NCBI GenBank assembly: GCA_045643185.1
Contig: JAZUKH010000265.1
Coordinates: forward strand, 1-62,778
Reading direction: 5' to 3'
Length of the DNA stretch: 62,778 nucleotides
DNA from: Myxococcota bacterium
Lineage (GTDB): Bacteria > Myxococcota_A > Bradymonadia > UBA4248
Both the position numbers and the translations under genes were made by a program. Positions within the stretch are counted from its first letter, which is position 1; every line of letters starts with the position of its first letter. Below, in pieces: positions 26,175 through 34,675 of the stretch. Under the pieces are notes generated by a model. That model was given only the letters and a program-made list of their open reading frames with translations. It did not search any database and had not been told where the DNA came from.

Positions 26175-29100
26175 ATGTCAGAAAACCGCATTGAAGGCCT
26201 TCCTGAGTATTTCATTCCGATTCGCCGGCTTGGAGAAGGTGGCATGGGCGTCGTCTGGTCTGTTCGCGACACGCGTGTCAACAAAGTGGGCGCGCTAAAA
26301 GTCATTCGTCCACAGACTGGTACAACCGAATTGGCGCTCAAGCGATTTGAGCGCGAGATCCGTAACTTTGCACAGCTCATTCACCCGTACATTGTCCAGG
26401 TCTATGACGTGGGTAAGATGGAAACAGGCGAGCCGTACATTTTTATGGAAGAGGTCCACGGTAAGCCGATCTCGGCGGCGTTGTTGAAGGGCAAGCCGTT
26501 TGACGAGATCATGCAGCTGATCGACCGCATTTTGGAAGGCCTCGACGAAGCGCACTGCAACCACATCATTCATCGTGACTTGAAGCCCGATAACATCCTC
26601 GTGACGGTGGACGAGACTGGCTCGTTGATGCCTAAGCTCATGGACTTTGGTCTGGCTTTGCGTGCAGATGAGCGCGACATGCGTATCACGGTGGATGGCA
26701 TGGTCGTAGGCACGCCAGTTTATATGGCGCCGGAACAGGCGTGCGATGATCACTACCTGATTTGTCCGGCGACGGACTTTTACGGCATCGGTTGCATTCT
26801 TTACGAACTGTTTTGTGGGCGTCCGCCGTTCGATGGCAAAAACGCGATCGCGATCATGACGGCGCAGGCTCGTGATACACCCAAGCCGTTTGCGCCCTTG
26901 CCGGAATTCGCGCCGATGGCGCGACTGGCTCCCATCATTAACCGACTTCTCGAAAAAGATCCCGATCGTCGTTACGAATGCGCCGCTGACCTGCGTGCCG
27001 CTTTCCGAAAGTATTTCCTGATCCGTGATGGCGCGCAATTCTCGCTCAGTGCCCTGAATCACGACGAAGACACGCTGCTCGACATCAGTCGTGAAGAATC
27101 TACGCCGTTTTTGGCGAACGAGCTGGCCCCAAAGACCTATCAGGCAATTCTGCCCGACGTCGAACAGTGCAACTACAACTACTCCGTGCTTTCACTCCGT
27201 CCGGCACTGTTTATTGGTCGAACGAGTGCCAAACACATCCTCGAAACGTATTTGCGCGACGTCTATAACTGTCGCCGCACCTCCGTGACGCTGATCACCG
27301 GGCGCCCCGGTGTCGGTAAGTCGCGTTTCGTCGATTCATGCGTCCAGGATTTTTATAAAAAAGGCATTGCAAACGCCCTCGTCGTCGATGCGTCGCGCAA
27401 TGTGTCGTTGCGAAAATCCATATACTGCGCCGTTTTCAACAAACTTTTGCTCAAAACGCTCAAGGATGATCAAGTCAATCTGGCCGTCGAGCATTTCTTC
27501 CGTGTTACGGGTTCAGGCGATCCACGCGTGCGCCACCTGCTCGAACTTTGGGAAGAAGAACAGACGGGGAAGGCTCAGGTCATCCGACCGGATATGAAAG
27601 ACATTGCCGCTCGACACGCGGTTCAGCTCTTCAACGACGTTTTTGTGGCTTTGACGCGCACGCGACCGCTCGTTATGAGCATCGATCACCTCGCGGCTGC
27701 TCAGCGCGACGAACTCGTCAGCATCATTCACGAGCTCTCGGAGGGCGGCATGCGTTCCGTGCCCGTCCTCATCACCGTCATCAATGCCACGACCAATGAT
27801 ATGCCCACCGACACCGAGCTCGCTTTTGGTAACGACGCTTCGATCTGGCTGAGGCGCGGCATCACCATCGAACCGCTTTCAAACAATGACATGCGCGCCC
27901 TCATTCGGCAGGGACTCGGCGTCTGTGAAGAACTTTCGCTCTATATCGAAAACCTTTCGGCTGGTTTGCCCGAGATCGCTTGTACACTCGCCCGACAGTG
28001 GCAGCTCGCCGGATTGCTCATACCCACTGAAAATGGCTACGCAAGCACATGTCCGCCCGAAAATCTCCCCATTCCGCGTGACGTTCACGAGGCCATTCTG
28101 CATCAGGTCTATCTGACCTTCAGCGACTACGTCGGACATGCTTGGATCCCCGTCGCTTCGCTCGCTGCCGTCTGTGGTGAGCAATTCACGCCCGCGCTCA
28201 TTCAAAATGCCATCGAATTCATACCGACGACCGATCGACTCATTCGGCATAGTACCTTCATTTCGCTCGGACTCGCTGGCGGCGTCTTGAAAACCATCGA
28301 CGAATCCACGCTCGCTTTCAACAATCCGCTCATCCGAACCGCGCTCATCAACAATATCGATCGCTACAAAGTCGTCGATTACCATCGCGCCGTCGCCGAG
28401 GCTTTAAGAAAAGAGCCACAGTCCATCGATAATGACCTCAAAATCGCGCAGCATCTCGCTGCCGCGCATCAATTCTATGAGGCTTACGAGGCCTACCTCA
28501 TTATGGCTCGACATGCTATGCAGCATGGCGAATTCGATGCTGCCGCAAAATACGTGGATTGTGCTGAAAACGATCTCGTGCAGCACATGGGATTCGTGGA
28601 TGCCAGAACCCCCGAACTCGCTGAGATCAACTTCATAAAAGCTGAGATCGCTCTCGAAAAAAATCGAATGGAGGATGCGCAGAACTATATCCAGACGCTG
28701 GAATATGCCTGCCGATTTATCATCAATCCAGAAAAACAGGCCTATTTTCAGATGATCCGCGCGCGCTTCTTTGCCAGAACTGGACACGATGATCACGCAC
28801 AGGAAGCGCTCTCGATCGCAAAACAGTTCCTCAATACGATTCAACCTCCACTCACGCGTAGTCAACTCGAGGTTAAATTCTATTACCTCGCCCAGTGTGA
28901 GCAGAATGATCCGAACATGCACCAGGAATTGCTCGATACCGCTAAGGCGCTTAACGATATGCTCTTTGTCGGCAAAGCGTTTTTGGCCATCGCGATCCGA
29001 AATCTCAAGACTTTCGATACTGGAAAAACCGTTCGGATCCTCAATTTGGCCGTCGACACGGCGCACAAAAACAACGATTTTAAAACGGAAGCGGAAGCCT

Positions 29101-29303
29101 TGCTTTTGCTCGCTAAAATTCAAACCGATGCGCCCGAAGTGCAGCTCCAGACCTTGCGGGATGCTCTCGGCTGTTACGAAAAACTCTCCGACTTTCCAAA
29201 GGTCGCAAAAATTCATCTCGAAATTGCGGAAGTCCTTAGACCATGGGCTCCCGACGAGGCTGCGATCCACGCCAATTGGGGAAGCCTGCTCGCCGATATT
29301 TGA
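26175..29303 (+). CDS. Ser/Thr protein kinase fused to a STAND-type P-loop NTPase and TPR-like repeats
   Basis: Trimmed to ATG 26175. Kinase motifs GEGGMGVVW, HRDLKPDNIL, DFGLA and APE. P-loop LITGRPGVGKSRF. Helical-repeat C-terminus. Confidence 0.85.
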   Translation: MSENRIEGLPEYFIPIRRLGEGGMGVVWSVRDTRVNKVGALKVIRPQTGTTELALKRFEREIRNFAQLIHPYIVQVYDVGKMETGEPYIFMEEVHGKPISAALLKGKPFDEIMQLIDRILEGLDEAHCNHIIHRDLKPDNILVTVDETGSLMPKLMDFGLALRADERDMRITVDGMVVGTPVYMAPEQACDDHYLICPATDFYGIGCILYELFCGRPPFDGKNAIAIMTAQARDTPKPFAPLPEFAPMARLAPIINRLLEKDPDRRYECAADLRAAFRKYFLIRDGAQFSLSALNHDEDTLLDISREESTPFLANELAPKTYQAILPDVEQCNYNYSVLSLRPALFIGRTSAKHILETYLRDVYNCRRTSVTLITGRPGVGKSRFVDSCVQDFYKKGIANALVVDASRNVSLRKSIYCAVFNKLLLKTLKDDQVNLAVEHFFRVTGSGDPRVRHLLELWEEEQTGKAQVIRPDMKDIAARHAVQLFNDVFVALTRTRPLVMSIDHLAAAQRDELVSIIHELSEGGMRSVPVLITVINATTNDMPTDTELAFGNDASIWLRRGITIEPLSNNDMRALIRQGLGVCEELSLYIENLSAGLPEIACTLARQWQLAGLLIPTENGYASTCPPENLPIPRDVHEAILHQVYLTFSDYVGHAWIPVASLAAVCGEQFTPALIQNAIEFIPTTDRLIRHSTFISLGLAGGVLKTIDESTLAFNNPLIRTALINNIDRYKVVDYHRAVAEALRKEPQSIDNDLKIAQHLAAAHQFYEAYEAYLIMARHAMQHGEFDAAAKYVDCAENDLVQHMGFVDARTPELAEINFIKAEIALEKNRMEDAQNYIQTLEYACRFIINPEKQAYFQMIRARFFARTGHDDHAQEALSIAKQFLNTIQPPLTRSQLEVKFYYLAQCEQNDPNMHQELLDTAKALNDMLFVGKAFLAIAIRNLKTFDTGKTVRILNLAVDTAHKNNDFKTEAEALLLLAKIQTDAPEVQLQTLRDALGCYEKLSDFPKVAKIHLEIAEVLRPWAPDEAAIHANWGSLLADI

Positions 29304-29312
29304 TAAAAATAG

Positions 29313-29382
29313 GGCCGCGGGCTATTCGCTTTGCGAATACGCCCGACGGGCGCGGGCTATTCGCTTTGCGAATACGCCCGAC
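29313..29382. repeat. 35-bp tandem duplication of a mini-hairpin related to the REP arms
   Basis: GCGGGCTATTCGCTTTGCGAATACGCCCGAC at 29317-29347 and 29352-29382. The GGCTATT / AATACGCC arms are the same words as in the REP family. Confidence 0.85.
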
Positions 29383-29436
29383 ACTAACAAAACCAGCTTT
29401 ATTCACACGTAACGTCACGAAAATGCCAAAGGGGTC

Positions 29437-29703
29437 ATGATGATGCCAACACGCTTTCAGGATGGTATTTCAATGGAATTGCTTCAGTGGAGCTTGTCTG
29501 CTGACGACAACGATACGAAGAATATCTTGATTCGTTTGAATGACGAGGAGATGTTCGATGTGATCGCTCATAATTTGGTGAACGCTGGCTTGGAACAGAT
29601 CGAAATACGTTCCCACATGTGCGTTACTGGGTGCATCAAAGCCGCATTCCTAAAGGATATTGCACTTTGTCCCGGCGTTGTTTCTGTTTCTGAGCTGCAT
29701 TAA
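29437..29703 (+). CDS. Hypothetical small protein (88 aa)
   Basis: ORF with an upstream AAAGGGG. It is followed by an 11-bp hairpin CAGGGCTTCGA/TCGAAGCCCTG (29717-29746). No recognisable motif. Confidence 0.35.
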   Translation: MMMPTRFQDGISMELLQWSLSADDNDTKNILIRLNDEEMFDVIAHNLVNAGLEQIEIRSHMCVTGCIKAAFLKDIALCPGVVSVSELH

Positions 29704-29837
29704 AATTCATATTCTTCAGGGCTTCGAGGTTTATTTCGAAGCCCTGGAACGACGCGTTGCTGTGGCTCATAGCGCATGAGCGCTTTAGGCATCGTAGCGT
29801 CGAACGACGATTCATGACGTAAAAAGGAAGTAAATAT

Positions 29838-30728
29838 ATGACACTAAATTGGCACGGTGCGTGGGCCGCGATCCCCACGCCGTTTGAGCACGACAAGCCT
29901 GCGTTGGATGCGCTCGAACGTCATCTGAAATTTTTGTTGAGCCATGGCATTGAAGGCATCGTCGTGGTGGGCACCACCGGTGAAGCCGCCACCATGACCG
30001 TGGATGAAAAAGCCGACGTCGTCCGTAAAACGGTCGAAGTGGTCGATCACAAAGTGCCCGTCATTGCTGGCGTTGGCACCAATGACACGCGTACGACCAT
30101 CGAAAACGCACGTCTGGCAAAGAGTTGGGGCGTGGACGGGTTACTCGTCGTCGTGCCGTTCTATAACAAACCCAATCAGGAAGGCCAGTACCGACATTTC
30201 ATGGCCGTTGCGGATGCGACAGACCTGCCGATGCTCATTTACAACGTCCCGAGCCGCACTGGCACCAAGTGTTTGCCAGAAACACTCGGACGACTCGCCA
30301 AACATCCGAACATCGTTGGCACCAAGGACGCGACGGGCGACATGGTCTTTGCAAGCCGCACGCGCATGGCTGCTGGTGACGATTTCCTGATGTTTTCAGG
30401 CGATGACGCCACGGTGCTGCCGTTCGTGGCTTGCGGCGGCGTGGGCGCCATCAGCGTCGTCGCCGACGTCGATCCACAGTGCATGCACGACATCATCGCA
30501 CTCACCCAACGCGGTGAACTCGCCAAGGCGCGCGTCCTCAACCAAAAAATGCTCCCGCTTGGCGACGCGCTCTTCTCGACCACTTCGCCGATCCCTGTCA
30601 AGACCATGCTCTCGCGCGGACAAATTGGTTTCCCAAGCGAATTGCGTCTGCCGCTCTGCGAAATGATGAAAGAAGACGCAGATAAGCTCTGTGCGCCGTT
30701 TTCAGAGATTATTAATAATATAAAATAA
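29838..30728 (+). CDS. dapA: 4-hydroxy-tetrahydrodipicolinate synthase
   Basis: 296 aa, RBS AAGGAAG. Contains VVVGTTGEAATMT and YNVPSRTG. Confidence 0.9.
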   Translation: MTLNWHGAWAAIPTPFEHDKPALDALERHLKFLLSHGIEGIVVVGTTGEAATMTVDEKADVVRKTVEVVDHKVPVIAGVGTNDTRTTIENARLAKSWGVDGLLVVVPFYNKPNQEGQYRHFMAVADATDLPMLIYNVPSRTGTKCLPETLGRLAKHPNIVGTKDATGDMVFASRTRMAAGDDFLMFSGDDATVLPFVACGGVGAISVVADVDPQCMHDIIALTQRGELAKARVLNQKMLPLGDALFSTTSPIPVKTMLSRGQIGFPSELRLPLCEMMKEDADKLCAPFSEIINNIK

Positions 30729-30761
30729 CGTTATGAAATGATAATTCATAAGGAAATTGGA

Positions 30762-30871
30762 GAGGGGGAAGTCTCCCCCTACGCGGCTATTTCGTATTTT
30801 GTAGAGTCGTGTGGACGACGCGTCTCTACAAAAATACGAAATACGCCGCTACCCCTTCGCCTGGCAGGGCC
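30762..30871. repeat. REP-like element, copy 3 (reverse orientation), between dapA and dapB
   Basis: GAGGGGGAAGTCTCCCCCTACGCGGCTATT - core with TTGTAGAGTCG...CGCGTCTCTACAA - AATACGCCGCTACCCCTTCGCCTGGCAGGGCC. Confidence 0.9.
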
Positions 30872-30920
30872 AGGTGACGTGCTGTGTCACGGCACGGCGC
30901 TGTTTTGTGGAGACTAAAAA

Positions 30921-31688
30921 ATGATTAGAATTGCTATATTGGGTGCCGGCGGTCGTATGGGCCGCATGATCACCGATGTTTTTGGACGCGCGGACGACGT
31001 GGAGATCGTGGCCCGTATTGAAAAATTCGACCCCGACGCCATCGCGTCATGGCACGTGTCGCCCGTGTTGCCCAGTCTGGACAACGCGCCGGAATTTGAC
31101 GTCCTTGTTGACTTTTCGGCACCGTCAGCCAGTTTGGCTGCCGCCGACCAGGTCGCCAAACGCGGCGCCGCGTGGATACTGGCGACGACCGGACTTAGTG
31201 ATGACGATAAGGCGCTCATTCGTCAAAAATGCGCGCACTGCGCGCTGTTTGAAGCCTCAAACACGTCGTTCGGGGTGGCGCTCATGAACCGGTTGGCATG
31301 CCTGGCTGCGCGTGCGCTCGCTGACTGGGATTGCGAGATCGTCGAGACCCATCATCGCAACAAAGTGGATGCTCCGTCCGGCACCGCGCTCACGCTCGCG
31401 AAAAACATCGCGGCGGCGCGCGAACGTGACTCAAACTTTGTTTACGAACGTCAGTCCAAACGGGCCGCACGCGACGTCAATGATATTGGAATCTCGTCGT
31501 TGCGCGGCGGGTCGGTCGCCGGGGAACATGTCGTGACGTGGTTTGGCGATCAGGAACGCTTTGAAATCAAACATGTTGCCGAAAATCGCGCCATCTTTGC
31601 TCACGGCGCTTTGAAGATCACACGTTGGCTCGCAAATCAACCGGCTGGTCGCTATGACATGGGCGATATTGTGGCCACGATCTGTTAA
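30921..31688 (+). CDS. dapB: 4-hydroxy-tetrahydrodipicolinate reductase
   Basis: 255 aa. Contains IAILGAGGRMGRMI and ETHHRNKVDAPSGTAL. Confidence 0.9.
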   Translation: MIRIAILGAGGRMGRMITDVFGRADDVEIVARIEKFDPDAIASWHVSPVLPSLDNAPEFDVLVDFSAPSASLAAADQVAKRGAAWILATTGLSDDDKALIRQKCAHCALFEASNTSFGVALMNRLACLAARALADWDCEIVETHHRNKVDAPSGTALTLAKNIAAARERDSNFVYERQSKRAARDVNDIGISSLRGGSVAGEHVVTWFGDQERFEIKHVAENRAIFAHGALKITRWLANQPAGRYDMGDIVATIC

Positions 31689-31724
31689 GGCTATTGTTTC
31701 GGCCATCGTTAATGTGAATATTCA

Positions 31725-31747
31725 ATCGGCTGGAAGCCGATGTTTTG
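31725..31747 (+). terminator. Rho-independent terminator after dapB
   Basis: ATCGGCT-gga-AGCCGAT followed by GTTTTG. Confidence 0.6.
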
Positions 31748-31852
31748 CATAACCAGGCGCATGGCGCCGGTGTAGTGCATCCCCGAGATGGCGACTGGAT
31801 GCCGCTGCTATGGAGTTTCTATAATTATAACTATAGTTCAAAGGATATTAAT

Positions 31853-32902
31853 ATGAAAAAGAATATGATTTCGCTGATGGCATTGATGACGCTTGGTTTG
31901 ATCGCGTGTTCTGAGGATAAATCTGATGAAAAAGATAAATCTGATGAAAAAAATGCCTGCGATGTCCTGTGTGCGGCTGACCAAATTTGCGCTGTTGTGA
32001 ATAACAAGCCGATCTGTACGCATGCCTGCACGAAAGATGTGCATTATTGTGAAGAAATGAATGGTACCGCCTACAACGTCACTGAAAAATGTGTCGATGA
32101 TGATGCGCATTCGCTCAAGTTTTGGGATGGTCACCAGGTCATGGAAAGTTGTAGCAGCTCGGCCAAGTGTGAACAGGGCAAAGAAGAATGCGTTGAAAAG
32201 GTTGAAGAAAAGGTGGATCGCGAGCAGGAAAAGCTTACGTTTTGTCAGGATCCTGAGACGCATGAACCCATTTGTTTAGATGGGTATAATTGTGAGATCG
32301 TGGTGATCGAGGATAAGCCCGAGGCGATCTGCGTGAAACCTGAGGATACTTGCACCAACGTGGGAGACGTGACTGAAACGTGTGAAACGCTGGAAGATGG
32401 TTCTGCACAAATCGTGAGCAAGACCTGCACGCTTCATTATTATGACGATGAACCAAACTATATTTTCACGTGGAACATTCCTTGTTCAGAAGACGAGATA
32501 TGTGGTGAGGAGAATGGCAAAGAAACCTGTGTCAGAAAAGATGTGCCAGATCTACCTGATCCGCCGGCGCCGGTTGACCAGGGTGAGTGTGGCAAAGACT
32601 TTGTGCCCACGTGTAATGCGGATGGCACGACCAGATCGTGTATCGATGGACAGATCGTGATCGCGGACGCTACGTCTGGCTATTGTCACGTGTTTGCAGA
32701 GGCTCAATTGGCGCAATACATTCTTGAAGCGTCGTGTACGGTCATTGAATTGCCGAGAGAGTCCTGTATTGATGTGGGTGGTTTCGCCGGTTATACAAAA
32801 CAAGTTTGTGGAAAAGCAGAGGATGGCAAATATTACTGGTATTTGGCTGACGCTGCTCAATGCGCCAATGGTTGCAAAGACGATAAAGTTTGTAACGACT
32901 AA
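31853..32902 (+). CDS. Cys-rich acidic lipoprotein (AT-richer gene)
   Basis: Trimmed to ATG 31853 with RBS AAAGGA, giving MKKNMISLMALMTLGLIAC (lipobox LIAC). KSDEKDKSDEK duplication and many Cys pairs. Confidence 0.7.
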   Translation: MKKNMISLMALMTLGLIACSEDKSDEKDKSDEKNACDVLCAADQICAVVNNKPICTHACTKDVHYCEEMNGTAYNVTEKCVDDDAHSLKFWDGHQVMESCSSSAKCEQGKEECVEKVEEKVDREQEKLTFCQDPETHEPICLDGYNCEIVVIEDKPEAICVKPEDTCTNVGDVTETCETLEDGSAQIVSKTCTLHYYDDEPNYIFTWNIPCSEDEICGEENGKETCVRKDVPDLPDPPAPVDQGECGKDFVPTCNADGTTRSCIDGQIVIADATSGYCHVFAEAQLAQYILEASCTVIELPRESCIDVGGFAGYTKQVCGKAEDGKYYWYLADAAQCANGCKDDKVCND

Positions 32903-33172
32903 TTCAGGGCAAAAGCGTTGCGCGTGGTGATTTTGAGTTAGCTTGGAATGCCACGCGTGCTTGGGGCGTTTGATTTGTAACATTAGTTAATCGTAAGTTG
33001 GCGTGTCAGTTGTATTGGTATATAAAATATGCTAACAATGCAATTGTAGATCAGCCGTTGCTCTGGCGCCATTTCGAACGCGTTACGACGGCGAGCTCTT
33101 CAGAGGGCGGCAGGGATCATGAGCAGTATTTAGTTGGTATGACAGCATGGGGTGCTGGGCTAAGGAGATAAA

Positions 33173-34447
33173 GTGAAAGAGCGATTTTTAGTTTGTTTTT
33201 TGGGGCTGTTTGCTTTGACTGCACTGGCTTGTGATGACGATAGCGAAGCGAAGAAGTTTTCGGCGAGTTATTATTGCGAGGTCTTTGATATCTGCGGCGG
33301 TTATGAAAAATGGCATTTTAAAAACAATGCCGATTGTACCAAACAGATTGAAGATCAGCTCTCGGTGTTTCGTCGTTGCGAAAAGCCGATGCAGGAATTT
33401 TTGTCATGTCGTAGCTCTTTGGATTGCAATGATGTGGGCGAAACATCGTTGGACAGGCTTAAGATCCTTTGTCCGGATGAGTATGAAGCGGTCGTTGACT
33501 GTGGTTATAAAGAATATCCTCATAAAGGAAACATTCTGGCAATCGACTTTTCCAAAATTGAATGTTCAGAGGATGAAACTCCGACTTGCGATGGAAATTA
33601 TATAAAATTATGCGTCGGCGGTGAATATAAATATGACAATTGTGGTGATAACGCAACGTGCGAAAAAGGCGTCTGCAAAGAGAATAAACGAATTTGTACT
33701 GAAAATGAAGCAAAATGCAAAAGTTCCACCACAGTGAGCGTTTGTCATAATAACCAATGGATCGACTCAGATTGTCCTGGTAACTATACTTGCAAGAATA
33801 ACCAGTGTAGCGCACCCGCCGGGACGTGTTTGGAGAACGATGCGTATTGCCTGGGTGATACGAGTATCAACATTTGTCACGGTGGTCAGTGGGTCAGCTC
33901 GCTCTGTCCTACCGGTTCGACCTGCGTTGTGAACGCGTGTCGTGGCTCAAGTAACCCTGGCACGCCGTCGTGTGACCTCTCTAATAATCAATATATCGTC
34001 AACGGAAAATGTACCGATATTGACGAAATGGCTGAAACCGCATGTAAGATCGTAGACGATGGCATGATATTGGATGTCCATGATGATCCGATTTACAACT
34101 GCTCTTTAGTATGCGATATTTCAAGCTCGTGGCAGTATTATGGTTGTAGCGATATTGAGAGTGTCTACGCTCAAGTTTTTTATGACACGGATGAACCTTT
34201 CTTTAGATCTTCTGATTATGCCAAGCCACGTGGTCTTTGCTCTGTACATTTTAAAGACAAAATGAAGACATCTGGCAAAGATTTATATGCCAAATTACTT
34301 GCTTGCATCATTCGTGCGAATAGTAAAGATCCTCGAGATCTAAGTTATCATGCTTGTCCTGGTTGTTCGGATGTATGCGATGAACCGCTAAGAACGCCAC
34401 ATCCGTGTGCTGCAGAAATCGAGGCAATTAAAGACTACGAAGATTGA
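33173..34447 (+). CDS. Cys-rich secreted protein/lipoprotein (AT-richer gene)
   Basis: 424 aa, GTG start 7 nt after AAGGAG. Signal peptide ends ALACDDD. Repeated C-x-N-x-QW-x-x-x-x-CP modules (CHNNQWIDSDCP, CHGGQWVSSLCP). Confidence 0.7.
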   Translation: MKERFLVCFLGLFALTALACDDDSEAKKFSASYYCEVFDICGGYEKWHFKNNADCTKQIEDQLSVFRRCEKPMQEFLSCRSSLDCNDVGETSLDRLKILCPDEYEAVVDCGYKEYPHKGNILAIDFSKIECSEDETPTCDGNYIKLCVGGEYKYDNCGDNATCEKGVCKENKRICTENEAKCKSSTTVSVCHNNQWIDSDCPGNYTCKNNQCSAPAGTCLENDAYCLGDTSINICHGGQWVSSLCPTGSTCVVNACRGSSNPGTPSCDLSNNQYIVNGKCTDIDEMAETACKIVDDGMILDVHDDPIYNCSLVCDISSSWQYYGCSDIESVYAQVFYDTDEPFFRSSDYAKPRGLCSVHFKDKMKTSGKDLYAKLLACIIRANSKDPRDLSYHACPGCSDVCDEPLRTPHPCAAEIEAIKDYED

Positions 34448-34458
34448 TAGAATGCGAC

Positions 34459-34507
34459 TGTGGAGACGTGCGGATCGTGTTTCATTTGGAGATCGCACGT
34501 CTCCACA
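34459..34507. repeat. Long hairpin immediately after the 33173..34447 stop
   Basis: TGTGGAGACGTGCGGATC ... GATCGCACGTCTCCACA, a ~17-bp stem with one bulge. The word GTCTCCACA also occurs in the hairpin at 18049-18075. Confidence 0.7.
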
Positions 34508-34520
34508 TTATGTCAGTGTG

Positions 34521-34634
34521 GGGCGCCGCAGGCAGAGGGGGTAGCGGCGTATTGGTGATTTTTGTAGAGGCGTGTTGTGACACGTCTCTACAAAAAGCAC
34601 AAATAGCCGCGTAGGGGGAGGCTTCCCCCTCCCC
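34521..34634. repeat. REP-like element, copy 4 (forward orientation), between convergent genes
   Basis: GGCGCCGCAGGCAGAGGGGGTAGCGGCGTATT - core TTTGTAGAGGCGTG...CACGTCTCTACAAA - AATAGCCGCGTAGGGGGAGGCTTCCCCCTCCCC. Confidence 0.9.
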
Positions 34635-34675
34635 GAAATATTCAAAATGTGTGAAATGTAATTTTATATGAATAT

